Notes: generated from the letters alone by a model not told the origin. Counted from the stretch's first letter, positions 1-12,341 are shown. The stretch: DNA of 64,000 nt from Blepharisma stoltei ATCC 30299 (GCA_965603825.1 CBFDEM010000046.1:496001-560000), one strand, 5' to 3'. A program made the numbers and translations.

Positions 1-665
1 GTTTTGGAGCAAACTACAATTCTTCTTGGTACTGAAGCTGGTTTAACATTTCTCTCTTTACACTTTTTTACATGAATTATTGAACTTTCTCTATTAAAAT
101 CTGCAGAAATTGGCCTTAAATCAGGGAAATTTATATTTCTCTTGGCAATTTCTGATTTTTTTTGTGAGTTTCTCAATGTTGTGGGTCGAAACATATAATT
201 TTTTCATTCCACATTTAGATCGTCATACGTTGGCAAATAATGAATCCACGCAACCTCAATTTTTCTTTTTTCTTTATGTGATGATTTTGGAGGTTTTGAA
301 ATATCTACTTGTGGCTTTTTGAAAATAAATTTCTTCAGGATCGACGGACTTTTTTTTCTAACTGAAGTTGCATCCCCTACATAATAATTTGGCTTCAAAA
401 TAACTGATTTATTTATTGAGGTATAGCTATCAGCTTTTAAATGATGACAATTTGATGAGCTTGCAGTGATTACTGACTTTGGTCTTATACTGTAATCTTG
501 ATTTTCCTTTGAGTTACTTCTTGTCCTTCTTGAAGATAACTTAAGGGTTGAAATTTGAGGAGATTTACGAATTCCACTTGAAAAATCTAGAGTCATCGAA
601 GGTGTATGCTGACGAAAACTGTTATCGAGCTCAGAGAAATTAAATTGATGATAATATGAGTTCAT
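1..665 (-). CDS. Hypothetical Ser/Lys-rich low-complexity protein, 3' end beyond the window edge
   Basis: Track ORF 204..665 ends at TGA (204-206). Read as Trp, the frame stays open to position 1. Confidence 0.6.
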
Positions 666-835
666 ATTTAACTAATTAGAATGCATTTTCAGTGTGTTAA
701 TTAAAATGATTTCATCATATTAAAGAAATAAATTTTACAAAATTGCTGAATAGAATTTAAAATTAGTCTTTTTATAATCAAGAATAAATTGAGAATCAAT
801 GAAATTCACTCATCAATTAAATTAATATTATTTAA

Positions 836-1538
836 ATGGAAGACCGCGAATGTATTTTTTCATTTAGCTGATGGAGCAGAATATGAAGAAGAACTTTCTA
901 CAGATGGATGGATTCAGTGGTTTTGTAGCCTTGAAGGTCATGAGTTCTTTGTAGAAGTTGATGAAGAATTCATTAAGGAAAGCTTCAATCTTTACGGTCT
1001 CGTTCCAAAAGTTCCTCATTATCGTGAAGCATTAGAAATGATCTTATCTTTTGGCACTCCAGATGAAGATGATTTGCAAGACGACAAGTTTCTTGAATTA
1101 TATGGAGAAGCAACTGATCTATATGGCATGATTCATGCTCGCTATATATTATCACCTCGTGGATTAGCATTAATGAGAGAAAAATATTTATCAGGAAAAT
1201 TTGGCACTTGCCCAAGAGTTATGTGTGAAAGGCAAAATGTAATTCCTGTTGGAATTTCTGATGTTTTGAAAACTTCAAGAGTGAAGATATTTTGCCCAAG
1301 GTGCCAAGAAGCATACATTCCGAAACATAAGTATTCTGATGTAGATGGAGCTTACTTTGGAGCATCTTTTCCACATATTTTATTGCAATCTTATAGTGAT
1401 TTTTGCATACCTCCGCTGGCTGCTGAGTATACTCCTAAAATTTATGGGTTTAAATTATATAATCATAAAGGCTCAAAATATTATGAAAAACGATCAGATG
1501 ACCTAAATAATGATTTTAAGAAATCGAAGATACAATAG
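836..1538 (+). CDS. CSNK2B: Casein kinase II regulatory subunit beta
   Basis: WIQWFC..GHEFF.EVDEEFI, LYGMIHARYI, FGTCPRV.C, CPRC, DGAYFG motifs. ATG 836, 16-nt intron 852-867 (gtattttttcatttag), stop TAG. Confidence 0.95.
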
Positions 1539-1671
1539 CCATGCTTAGATCCAAAAATATATAAAGCCTTTAAAATAATTTAACCTTTAAGAAGTTTATC
1601 ATGTTTAAATTTATCTGAATAAGCCTTCTTTTCTTGGATAAAATAATTAAGTAAACAAAATTCTTTATAAA

Positions 1672-2064
1672 ATGGCTCATCAAGACGAAGAACATTCCCA
1701 TTCAGAAGACCATCACTCTCATCATGACTCAGCCGATCATGCAGCTACTACCCATTCAGAAGAGCATCACTCTGATCACCACGGCCATTGGCAGCCTCCT
1801 CATTTCACTCCTGAGGAAAGAATTTTATGGGGCTATCCAAAAGGCATTCAAAACTCATGCACTGATAACCATGTCGCATTTGAAATGTGCACTCGTAAAA
1901 CTGCTGAAGGCGGTTTTCCTTTTAGATGGACTTTTAAGCTCCACTGGGCTGATCGTGTGCAATGTCAAAATGAATGAACTTCTTTAGTACATTGTGAAGA
2001 AAATAGAGTCTTTGAAGTTTTTGAAAGAACTAAAGGCTCAATTATTAACTTGAAAGGCAAGTAA
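1672..2064 (+). CDS. Twin Cx9C protein, probable complex I subunit NDUFB7/B18-like, with His-rich N-terminus
   Basis: TGA 1975-1977 read as Trp gives 130 aa with C-TDNHVAFEM-C and C-QNEWTSLVH-C. Stop TAA at 2062-2064. Confidence 0.6.
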
Positions 2065-2310
2065 TTTAATAGGCCTATTCGATAAAATATGTATTATTTT
2101 AAAATTATTTATTTTTGGACTACTTCAAAGCTGCAAAGATAATAAATAAAGGAAGATAAGAAGAAAAAGGTGCAAAAAATTGGCTTACTAGTGCTTAATT
2201 TCTCTTATTTTTCTAGAATACAGCATAATCTATCTGAAAATGGCATTATTTGGCGTATGATGGGCAATTTTATATGTCCGAGTGATATTATAATAGATTA
2301 TGGATCATAT

Positions 2311-2316
2311 AAAAAA
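2311..2316 (-). terminator. Pol III oligo-T terminator of tRNA-Trp
   Basis: T6 on the minus strand, 1 nt after the discriminator base. Confidence 0.75.
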
Positions 2317-2317
2317 G

Positions 2318-2390
2318 TGAACCCAGAGCGACTTGAACGCCCAACCTGCGGATTTGGAGTCCGTTGCACTACCAGTTGTGCTATGGGTCC
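2318..2390 (-). tRNA. trnW: tRNA-Trp(CCA) with 4-bp anticodon stem
   Basis: GGACCCA TA GCAC AACTGGTA GTGC A ACGGA CTCCAAA TCCGC AGGTT GGGCG TTCAAGT CGCTC TGGGTTC A folds into a 73-nt cloverleaf. Anticodon CCA at 2357-2355. Confidence 0.96.
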
Positions 2391-2846
2391 TGCTTGGAAT
2401 AAAATTATTTTGGCTCAATTTAAACCCTTCGTTTGTAGGGATCCGTGCTAATTTTTAATGATGATTGAAAATAAACTCGCAATATAAGATAAACTCATTA
2501 TTTTGTTGGAATGAGCTATAATCACAGTATTAGCAGTTTTTAAGCAAATTAAATGTATTTTTGATTTCTGGTTTAAAATAAATAATAGAAATTCTTTATT
2601 CTTATATTTTTATTGAGTTTCCATTGCATATTATGCTAATAATTTAGTCACATATATATAATTTAAACTGTATTAATTCAGCGTACTTTAATAAATTCCA
2701 GGTCATTTTCAATTTGGCTCCTAAATTGAATATTCCATAAAGCTTCATATGAATTTTTATTAAAAATTTAGATATAAGAAATTACTCTATCTTATTATGG
2801 AATGACTCGAAAATCTTTATAACTAGTTAAAATTATAGATATTTGA

Positions 2847-3617
2847 TTATCGCCTAAATTTTCTACCTCTACTTTCACTTTGACTCTTTGTATGCTGTTC
2901 TTTTGGCTGCTCTCTTGGCGGCCCTTTTTTCTCTTCTGCCATAGTTTCTCTAATGATTCTTTCTATTTGTTTCATCCTAGTGCTTTCATCCAATTTTATT
3001 TCTAAATAAAAAATACCATCCTCTTCTTTCTTTTTAGCGCTATCCCCTTTTGGCTTCCAAATGAATTTACTCTTAATTTTAGGAGCCTCTTCTATTTTTT
3101 CAGCTGCAATAGGTCCCTCAATATCTCCTAAAACTTTTAATGGCTTCTCAATTACATATTTTCCATCAGTAATCCTTTTTAAAAGGTTTGTAGTTTTATC
3201 AATCAAAACGACCGCACTTGTTAGTTCATTTTCTCCTTTTGGTGGATCAAGCAAAAAGTGATGGAAAAATTTCAAATATTCTGATAGGGTTGGAGTTTGC
3301 CGAGAAACAATAAATGCATTTTTGCATTCCTCTTTTTTTGGGCATTTTTGGCATACGGTAGATTCATCAATATCTAATTGATTTCTAAACATTTTCGCCA
3401 TTCTGATAGCTTTGGAGTTAAGAAATCCAGCGGTAGTAGGGCATGGCAATTGCAAAATCACTTTGAGATCGGGTGGTGAAAGCTCGTGCTTGATATCTGG
3501 ATATTTGTATGAGACTAGCTTGTGTTTGTTAATAAAATCTTTTACATCATCAATACCTCTTCCTTTGAATCATGAAGAATTATAAGTCTTCATCTTATCC
3601 TTAAATAAACTTCTCAT
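2847..3617 (-). CDS. Uncharacterised protein with CP...IDE..VCxxCxxxxxC motif (resembles plant OZ/VAR3 N-terminal domain)
   Basis: ATG 3617, internal TGA 3570-3572, 256 aa. Motif DLKVILQLPCP..K....K.FRNQLDIDESTVCQKCPKKEECKNAF. Confidence 0.55.
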
Positions 3618-3770
3618 TTTATTATTTACAATTAATTTTCAAGTTTTGGATATCTTTATATTGATTTACTTCTAAAATAAATTTTATAAATTAATGCAAA
3701 TTTATGAGAGGATGGATTTTCTTATTAATTGCAATAGAGCTTAGTGATCAAATATTACTTTTATATAAAT

Positions 3771-4493
3771 ATGTCTTCTTCTAGATCCACAATTAGAGGC
3801 TCAGATGTTCTTGTTAAAAGCGAAGAATTAGATGTGGGGTACTGCAAAGAGCATGGCCGTTCAAATGAAGCGTTTTGCGAAGAGTGCAGAGTTGTTATCT
3901 GTCCAACCTGCATAATGTTTGGGTCTCACAAAGGCCATTCAGTCCAATCTCCCAATTTAGCATCTCGATTTATTAGAGATAAAATAGATAAAACAACAAA
4001 ATCTGGAAAACTGAACCCTGAATACACTGATAGGTTTTTAGCTGACATACGAGATGCGAAGCACAAAGCAATGACCCTTGAAGAAACCGTTATCCAAAAA
4101 ATAGATGAAGACTTCAGAAAGCTGAAAACTGCTTTAAAAAAGCGACGAGAAGAGCTAAAAGAGTCTGTATTTGACCATTTTGAAACAGAAATTGAAAAAA
4201 TCGCAGAGCAGGAGCGAAAATGGGAAGAAAAAGAAAGCCTCAGCAAAATGCTACTTGAAAACTCAAGTAACCCAGACGACGAAGCCCTTGTGAAAAACTC
4301 TTTAACCGTATTAAATGCTATTGACAGCTTAAACGAAGACGTAGAGTTCAAAACAGTCAAGCTTATCACGAGCATAGACCTCAGCTTTAACTCAGCTGCC
4401 CAAGGTGTAAGTTTAGGCTTCTCTCAGCTCATTCACGGCCTAGAAGAAATTGGGAAATTCGGTGACAACAAACAACTTCAATTCCGAGCATAA
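3771..4493 (+). CDS. B-box zinc finger plus coiled-coil protein
   Basis: CKEH..FCEECRVVICPTC..SHKGH followed by a heptad-rich region. First ATG at 3771. Confidence 0.85.
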   Translation: MSSSRSTIRGSDVLVKSEELDVGYCKEHGRSNEAFCEECRVVICPTCIMFGSHKGHSVQSPNLASRFIRDKIDKTTKSGKLNPEYTDRFLADIRDAKHKAMTLEETVIQKIDEDFRKLKTALKKRREELKESVFDHFETEIEKIAEQERKWEEKESLSKMLLENSSNPDDEALVKNSLTVLNAIDSLNEDVEFKTVKLITSIDLSFNSAAQGVSLGFSQLIHGLEEIGKFGDNKQLQFRA

Positions 4494-4513
4494 TTTAATT
4501 TGAGAAAGATTAT

Positions 4514-4963
4514 TTAGAATCTAAGCTTGCTAAATAAGAACTTAGTATGTTGGCTTGCACCTTTTTCTGCTTTCTTTGCAACAGTCTGTGAGGTGTATTT
4601 TTTAGTGAATAAGTTTCTGAGTTCCTTACGAAGTTCTTTGCGAGATTTAACACTTGCCATTTTCTCATCGGTCACAACACCTTTAAGATCAATATCGGTA
4701 GAAACCAAATATCTAGTTGGCAAGATGTGTTGATAATTCACGTACTTTATGAAAGCCTTGACTCTGGTTCTTCTTTCCTTTTTCTTCTCGTGCATCTTTT
4801 CTGTGATGAAAAGGGGAGCCTTGGCTACTCCTGCGACAAGAGCGTGAGGGAATTTTCTGTCCTTTGTGCCTTCATCGTATAGCTTAGAGATAACAGCTTT
4901 TTTGCCTGCATATCTTCCAGTCAAGAGAATGACTACTCTCCCAACCTTTATTGGCTTCACCAT
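4514..4963 (-). CDS. RPL27: 60S ribosomal protein L27 (eL27)
   Basis: KVGRVVILLTGRYAGKKAVI, K.F.KYVNY.H..PTRY, C-terminal FLFSKLRF. Confidence 0.97.
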   Translation of the reverse strand: MVKPIKVGRVVILLTGRYAGKKAVISKLYDEGTKDRKFPHALVAGVAKAPLFITEKMHEKKKERRTRVKAFIKYVNYQHILPTRYLVSTDIDLKGVVTDEKMASVKSRKELRKELRNLFTKKYTSQTVAKKAEKGASQHTKFLFSKLRF

Positions 4964-5443
4964 TTACCAATTATAACCACAGACATCTTTACCTCAAGCT
5001 AGTTTGTTTATTTAAACAAAAATTAAATTCAAAGGAATCAACGCAAAATAAGCTATATTATTTTCCTATTTAAAATGCATGAATCTGCAATAATAACGAT
5101 TGTAAAGACTAAGCTACTTAAGGATTAGCCAGCAATACCTTAGGAATAATCAAGTATTTCAAGCATTTTTCATTGGGAAAAATAGATTGTGATTCATTTG
5201 GATTGCTTTTGTAAATGGAATACAGTTTTGTATCATAAAAGATGGATTGGTAAGATTTGATATATAAAGTTTATATTTATTCCAAATACTTATGAAATTA
5301 TTCTATTTCCGTTTGCTATAAGCAATATTAGGATTTAAATAATTTATCACTATTTTGTCAATAAAGAATTATATGACTTTATTATTGATCTTGAACTATC
5401 AAATATATTAACTTGTATAGATTATTTCAAAGAGTTTGTAAAT

Positions 5444-5824
5444 TTAAGAACTAACTAGTACTCCTGAAGATTTTTGCTGAGTTGGTTGTGGCTCAGTTTG
5501 TTTTATATCAGTTTTCACTCCTAAAAGTTGTTCAAGCTGTCTTAACTCTCCCTCAGTTTCTTTAAGCTTCTTGAAAAGTGCTTCCATCACTTGGTCCATG
5601 TTTCCACATTGCTGTTCAAGGGCTGGAATGATTTCGGATACCTGCTTTTCTACCAATGCATCCCCAACAAGTCTCCAGCATCTTCTGGTGGGCTCTACCT
5701 TTCTAAGATTTTCTAGCACAATCAAATGTTCTCGCTTTTCACTTTCAAATTCAGTGATTTTTCCAAGAACACCTCCGTACTCTTGTCTCAATTGGTAGTA
5801 CCTTTGCTGAGCTTGTTCGGTCAT
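5444..5824 (-). CDS. PFDN2: Prefoldin subunit 2
   Basis: KITEFESEKREHLIVLENL, RRCWRLVGDALVEKQV.EIIPAL, C-terminal SSGVLVS. Confidence 0.92.
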   Translation of the reverse strand: MTEQAQQRYYQLRQEYGGVLGKITEFESEKREHLIVLENLRKVEPTRRCWRLVGDALVEKQVSEIIPALEQQCGNMDQVMEALFKKLKETEGELRQLEQLLGVKTDIKQTEPQPTQQKSSGVLVSS

Positions 5825-6574
5825 TTTATTATTATGGAATTAGATATTAAAATTAGTTCAATTTTTTTAAGCATTTAGGAAATATATAATTATATGCAAA
5901 CTTGAAACAGAATAAAGAGTGTATTATTAAAGTAATAGAGAGATTTTATTTAATAAAGATTTATGTGTTAAGAAAGTTATTTTAAGATTTTATAATGCAA
6001 AGTAGCAAAATATTTAATTAATCCTTTAAGAGTGTGAAAATCTTTAAAGAGCACACAAATTTATAGTTTAATTATTTTTATAAAAGTTTTATAATGTAAA
6101 TTATTTGCCATTTAAAAAATAAATGATATGAGCTTTTTCATATTTCTATTAAAATTCAATGAAGGTGATGAAAGCTTCTTAAAGTAACAATATTAATTTA
6201 ATAAAGAATCATACTCAACCAGAAAATAAATAAAAATTAATTACTTTGCTTTTCTAACAAGTTTATTTTATAAAATTTTGAATTCGCATGTCTCTTAACA
6301 ATAATAAACATCTTCTCAGAGAATCAAAATACAAAATTCTGATTTTTAATCCATAACTGCTAGTATTGACTCGTATATTTTTTTCCAAAAAAGTTTAATT
6401 AATATATTTATTAAATTAATGTCACTTTAAAATTAATAACCTCCACCCAAAATGATTTTCCTAAGATCTTCTCTTCCAAATTGCTGCTTACATATCAATT
6501 TTTAGTTCCAAGATCCTCCAAATTTTTGAATTTCTTTTATTTTTAAATCATGATCTTTAATTATAGTAAATTAA

Positions 6575-8851
6575 ATGATGCAGATTCATTTGCCTGAGGC
6601 ATTCGACTCCAACATTGACGAAATTCATTCTGTTAAAACAACAGAAAGCCTTTCACTCGACCCGCAATACATGCAATCCGCGTGTCTTTACTGCAACAAA
6701 TCCAAAGGACTTCTCACCCAACTTCCCACCGGATCTTTGGCGCATGTATTTTGCCGAGAAAACAGGCCATGCTGTATCTGCGGGATTCCTTTCATGTGCC
6801 TTCAATGCAAGCAGCCTGACTGCCCCCGAGTTTTCCATACATTCTGCCTGAAGAAAATCCATCCTTTTCTCCCCTCTTCTGACCTCCTGACATTTTGCGA
6901 CCTTCACTCTATAAGCCTAGTCAAGAAAAAACGATACTTAAAGATAAGCTCAGCTAAGCAGACTATTTCAAGAATAGGGCTTAATGAAGGCGTCTTAAGG
7001 GCAATAAGGGCACTGCAAGGGAAACATAAGCAAGAAAACGTTTGTTCTGGAAATTTGTTATGACTTAATGTGGGAATGGAATTTTTCCATAACCCTGCTT
7101 CGCTGCGAGAACTCCCAAGATTCGATGTAAAAGAAGACGTAGTCCAGGATTACCCGAGCTTTCATCGTGACAATTATGTGGAGGTTATGATTAATAACTA
7201 CGAAAAAGATCTGGCAGATGTAAAAAAAGAAAAGGAGAAGATTTGGGAAACAATCAGAGTTTTGGAAGGTACTGAGTTTGTGAGTTCACCGTATGATTCA
7301 ATTTTGAGTGAAATCAAATCGCTTAGATTTAGAGAAATTCATGAAAACTACTTGAGATTTGTTGAGTCGAAATCAAAACTCAATGTAATAGATAACAACA
7401 TTACAGAAGTTAAGTGCCCAGATGAGGTTGATTTTCTATTTTGTGAAAATTCGAATAGTTCTACTATGTATGGAGAAGGTTCTAAAACTTCTGGCAAGGG
7501 AAAATCAAGCGGCCAGGAGCCGGAAAAAGACTATGTCTGCCAAGTTTGTGGAGATGGGGATTACGAAGATGATGATTTAATTGTTATATGCTCGAAATGT
7601 GATATGAGTGTGCATGCAAAGTGCTATGGGATTATTTCTGTCCCTGACGGTGAGTGGTATTGCAAAGCTTGTGAAGAAAATAAAGATCAGAAATCACTCC
7701 GATGCGCTTTGTGTCCAATCAAAGGAGGTGCGTTAAAGCCGACGATCAATTACACAACTTGTTTTGATATATACCCAAATTACTCTTGGAATGGCCAATC
7801 AGAGAAAATTTGGGTACACTTATATTGTATTATGAATGTGTCACCTTCTTCGGTTGGAGATAGAGCTTCTATGACAAATATTGACATTTCCAGCATTGAT
7901 AGGCAAAAATTCCTATTAAAATGTAGTAGTTGCAATACGTCAACTGGCGCAGCGATTCAATGTCAGCATGCAAAATGCCCAACATGCTTCCACCCGATAT
8001 GCATAAAGCAGAAATTACATAGCGCAGGATATGATAAAGACAGCTCATACTGCTTAAAGCATAAACCTTTAAAGCTAAAAAAACTAATAGACACCAAAGA
8101 AAAAAAGGTTCTTGACAGCATTTTTAGCTTCATTAAATTATATGAAAAATACGAAGCAAGATTCCAGAAAACCGAACCCCTGGAAATAGCTAAAAAGCGA
8201 TCTCAAGATGGAAAACCTTTTAGCTGCGAAGAAAAGATAAAACTAATTAATTTGATTGAAGAAAGACTAAAGGAAGAAAAGAAAAAAGGATTTAGCTTTA
8301 TGTTTAAAACAAACCAGCCTCAAAAAATTTTGAGGTGTAAAATTGATATAAGTGTTCCTGAATTTTTTACGATATTAGATCCGCAAATAATTTTGGCTGA
8401 AAAATTAGCGATTCCTGGAAGACGTCCCGAGGACTGCATTAAATGCTATACAGATTCAATACTTCCTGTTCTTAAAAAAGAATTGCAAGTCCTTCTATAT
8501 CCCCAAAAGATTTTCAAACTTTCCAGCACCGTCAAGAAAAGATTAAGGGCAGAAAAGAAAACAAAGCAGAGGGTAAGCCCATTTTTACTTACAAATCAGC
8601 CAGTTTTAAATGATTTAATTAGTCCAGAACTTCACTGCATATGTAGACAACCTTTCGTTGAAGCCGCACCTATGAAGCCTGGTGAGTCCGAAGAAGAGTA
8701 CAATAAAAGAATAAAGGAAAATGAAATGATTTCTTGTGATCAATGCACAGAATGGTTTCATTTGACTTGTATAAATATAAAATCTGACAACATCCCAGAG
8801 ACTTTCTTATGCTCAAAGTGCAATCCAAAGAGAAGAGAACTGTGTGAATAG
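6575..8851 (+). CDS. Multi-PHD chromatin reader with PHD-Zn knuckle-PHD (BRPF/JADE/AF10-type) module
   Basis: Track ORFs 6575..7063 and 7070..8851 are in frame across TGA 7061-7063. Motifs CQVC..C.KC...H..CY..W.C..C, CALCP..GGALK, WVH..C, and a C-terminal CICRQ..CDQCTEWFH..C. Confidence 0.85.
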
Positions 8852-8889
8852 ATTTAATCACTCATAATTATCATATTTATCAATAATTA

Positions 8890-9549
8890 TTAAGCAGCCG
8901 ATCTAATAAACACTTGAAGCACCATTCCATCTCTTACGAAAGCGCTTGCCAGACTCATTTCATCTTTGAGTTCTTTTCCTCCGAAAAACAGTCTTACGGT
9001 TGAAGGACTAATCCCTTCTTTTTCCGCATACGCGTCTTTTACGATTTTTGCAGGATTTTTGCTTTCAATTTCAAAATCAAAGTCACCAATTTTTCCAGCT
9101 CTTCGGAGCTTGATTTTTATGTTTTCGTTTTCGATAGGTTTTTTAGGCGCCAATCTCTGCTTTTTGTCTTCAGGGAAGATTACTGGATCGTTAACAATGA
9201 AGGGAGGAACGTCATACACGTTACCATTTAAATCCACACAGCAAGAAACTGATCCATTCCTTGTTGTGATTCCTGACATTTGTAATAAAACAGCTGTGGA
9301 CTCGTGATCTGCTTCTACTGCAGCCTTAATTGCCATTCAGATATGTCTTCTGCCGGATGTGCGAGTTCTCCAAAATTCTTCACGTTTAGCTGCTAATTGT
9401 GCACGGGTTACTGTAGCTTTCCATGAGATGGTTTTTTTGATTCCTTCGCCTGACGTCTGACCTTCTAGTTCTTGGTAGTCTTTGCCTATCGTAAATGTTG
9501 TCCGAGTTACATTGTCATCGGGTTCGCTTCGAGTACAGTGGTTGCCCAT
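8890..9549 (-). CDS. UBTD: Ubiquitin domain-containing protein (UBTD/DC-UbP family)
   Basis: MGNHC start, QLAAKREEFW....GRRHI(W=TGA 9337-9339)MAIKAA, D..GN.YDVP, C-terminal ubiquitin-like RLFFGGKEL. Confidence 0.88.
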
Positions 9550-9907
9550 ATTCAAATATGTATAAGTCTAAATGAAAAATAAATGCAAAAAAATCAGCAT
9601 TTCGGTTTTGAAATATGATAGAATCAGTACGAAAAAAAAATTTTCGAAATAGTAATCATTTAACTTAAAATTAAAAACATTATATGGAATTGAGATAAAA
9701 TTCACATATTGTTGATGAATTTATAATTTTGCATGAAAATTGGTATCTCATTCTAACTTTGAAAAAAAAGCATAATCTTCTTTTATGTTATATAAAATAT
9801 TATAAATAATGCTGATATCATATCTTGACCCTTATTTTTGTATATGCAGGGCATCCAAGAAATTAATAATTTATATCTTTGAAAATTGTTTTTCCATAAC
9901 TGCCTTT

Positions 9908-10357
9908 TTATATTTTTGTAAAATCAGAATCTGAAGAATATTCAGATTCAGACTCATCGCTCTCATTCTGTTCATCCTTTCTGTCAGCATTTTTTATATT
10001 TTCTATAGTTCTTACAATACTTTGTTTTTTCAATATATTGCATTTATCTAAAGCATCCACATGTAGCCTTAGAAATTCTAAAAATTGTTCTTTTATTATG
10101 ATGATAGCTGGATCATTTATCTCAACTGTTTCAATTAAATCACACAGTGCTGATATCTTTTGTATGCTGTTCTCGATCCTTTTGAAAATTCTCTCAACCA
10201 TATCATGGGATAATGCTTGATGCCCACCTTTGATCATTGTAGAAAATTGGTATTTAAATGAGCATTCCTCAGAAAGCTTGATCGCCCTTTCGACCCATGC
10301 ATTCATTTTCACAACTGGGTCTTCAATAGGCTTTTTATTAGTTTTTCGCCTTATCAT
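9908..10357 (-). CDS. Hypothetical protein with acidic C-terminus
   Basis: 149-aa ATG-to-TAA ORF; no family recognised. Confidence 0.6.
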   Translation of the reverse strand: MIRRKTNKKPIEDPVVKMNAWVERAIKLSEECSFKYQFSTMIKGGHQALSHDMVERIFKRIENSIQKISALCDLIETVEINDPAIIIIKEQFLEFLRLHVDALDKCNILKKQSIVRTIENIKNADRKDEQNESDESESEYSSDSDFTKI

Positions 10358-10426
10358 TTAATTAATTTAAAGATATTTAAGATTCCTTTTAGCTATCTGT
10401 CATCAAGCTGGTAATTATTAGAAAAC

Positions 10427-11920
10427 CTACAGAAACTCTTTATTCTCAAGATATACTTTAAATTCATACAAGTAGATCGCTCCATCTCTATCCCGATCAG
10501 CTTCTATCAAAAATTGATTTCATTCTGTATTTTCGATTCCTGGGACGCTATTTTTTAAATCATTTATAATAATTTTCCCATTTACACCAGCAGCGCATTT
10601 TTTAAATGCTTTTTTTAATATTTCCTTATGTGACTTTTCATTTCACTTAGAAGCAGAGTTGAGAAATTCATTATAGTCAATAAATCCGCTACCATCAATA
10701 TCGCAGCTTTTCATTATTTCTTCTACGTCTAAGTAATGACTAAGTCCCAAAGCTGCAGAGCCGTTTGTGAGGTCAGTTTTAGTTAATTTCCCATCAAGAT
10801 TATGATCTAAAGCTCTGAATACACTTTCAAGCTCCTGCCTTTCTTTTCGATTTGTCACTTGTGCAGCGATAAATGACAAAACAACTTTTTCCAGTTTTGA
10901 TTGAGCCTAAATAAGAGCTACCCTGAATTTTTCAAGTTCTTCTTTTGCTTGCCTCATGATTGGGGCTTCTGCGATTTCATTATTTGCATGCAACCTAACC
11001 CATGGATGGTTTAAAACCTCTTCAGCAGTCAATCGCTCAATTGGGTCAGTGCAAATCATTTTGCTTACAAGATCTTTAGCTTGATTCGATATGTGGATTC
11101 AAAAGCCTTTATCCATGTTAAGCTTGCAAGCTTTGATTGAGCTTTTGACTTCTTTTTCAGTTGGCCCTACAAATGGAGGTCTGCCACCTTATTAGAAATT
11201 ACTCAGCATAAGGTATAAAATAACCCCTGCACTTCATATATCACACTTATGATCATATGGACCTGAAAATACTTCTGGGGCCATATAAAGTAAAGTCCCT
11301 ACTGCGCTTGTGAATTTGGTTCCAGGTATAAGCCTTTGTGAAATTCCAAAATCAATGACTTTTAGGGAAGCTCCAGGCTTATTTGTGGATAAAAGGAGAT
11401 TTTCAGGTTTCAAGTCTCTGTGTACAATGCCTTTAGAATGGCAATAACTAATTGCTGACATTATATCATGAAGATATTTCGCTGCTTTGTTTTCACTAAA
11501 TCTCATTTCACTTAGAACTTTCTCAAAAAGCTCACCACCTGTTAGGAGCTCAGTTACAATATAATAATTCGCAGTAGATTCTAAGACTGCATAGACTTTA
11601 ATTATGTTGGGATGGTTCTGTTTAATTTTTACCATTTCTTTGAGGATTTCTATTTCTTGAAGCATTTTCGTCTCACAATCCTCACCTATCTTTGCTTTTG
11701 GAATTTCTTTTAGTGCTCTTTCATAACCTGTGTGTTTATCTATAACTTTAAAGACTGTTCCGAATCCACCAGTTCCTATCGTTTTGACAATGTCATAAAG
11801 ATCTCTTATATTAGTTCTTCCTAGACTAACGCTTGTTTTCCTACTTAATGCAGTTTTATTTGAAGCTTTGTTATTTTTTGGAATCGGAGGAATTTCAGGT
11901 TGTGAGTCACAACAGCCCAT
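10427..11920 (-). CDS. Calcium-dependent protein kinase (CDPK), N-myristoylation/palmitoylation motif MGCC
   Basis: [23 protein letters not shown](W=TGA)SAGVILY, EF-hands DHNLDG, DIDGSG, DRDRDG. 15-nt introns at 11618-11632, 11188-11202 and 10907-10921. Stop TAG at 10427-10429. Confidence 0.92.
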
Positions 11921-12341
11921 ATTTAATGACAAAGTTAAAATCTTATCCCATGAGCAATATAAAGTAAGAAGATTATTATTTGGATAAGAAGAAAATGAAA
12001 AACAACAGCATAAGCAAGAATTAACATTTTATTTTTTTTAAAAAGATATAAACGAAACGATTATTATTCATTACCTAAAAGGAATGCAATAGTCTATGAT
12101 CTTTGATCTTTGACTTTTAGTTTTAGTTTTATGTAGTCATTTAAGAGCTCTTTTTAAAATGGACGAAAATTTTAAGTTTCTGCCAATTTTTTCTTTATTT
12201 AGCTTTTTCAGAAAATTAATAGTTCTTCCTGCTAATTTTATATTTAAGATATAAAGTTTCCTCTCCGTATGTAAGATAAAAATCGATTGGCATAATTTAT
12301 ATTTTAAACAGAATTCAAAAAGCAATATTAATGAATAATAT

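Noticed and set aside
789-835. TTG/GTG-initiated N-terminal extensions (also at 3744, 35372, 41313, 58823)
   Set aside because: Artefacts of prokaryotic start rules. Downstream ATGs after A-rich context match the family N-termini.
2170-2451. 93-aa + strand ORF
   Set aside because: It is antisense to the tRNA-Trp gene, has a GTG start, and shows no protein features.
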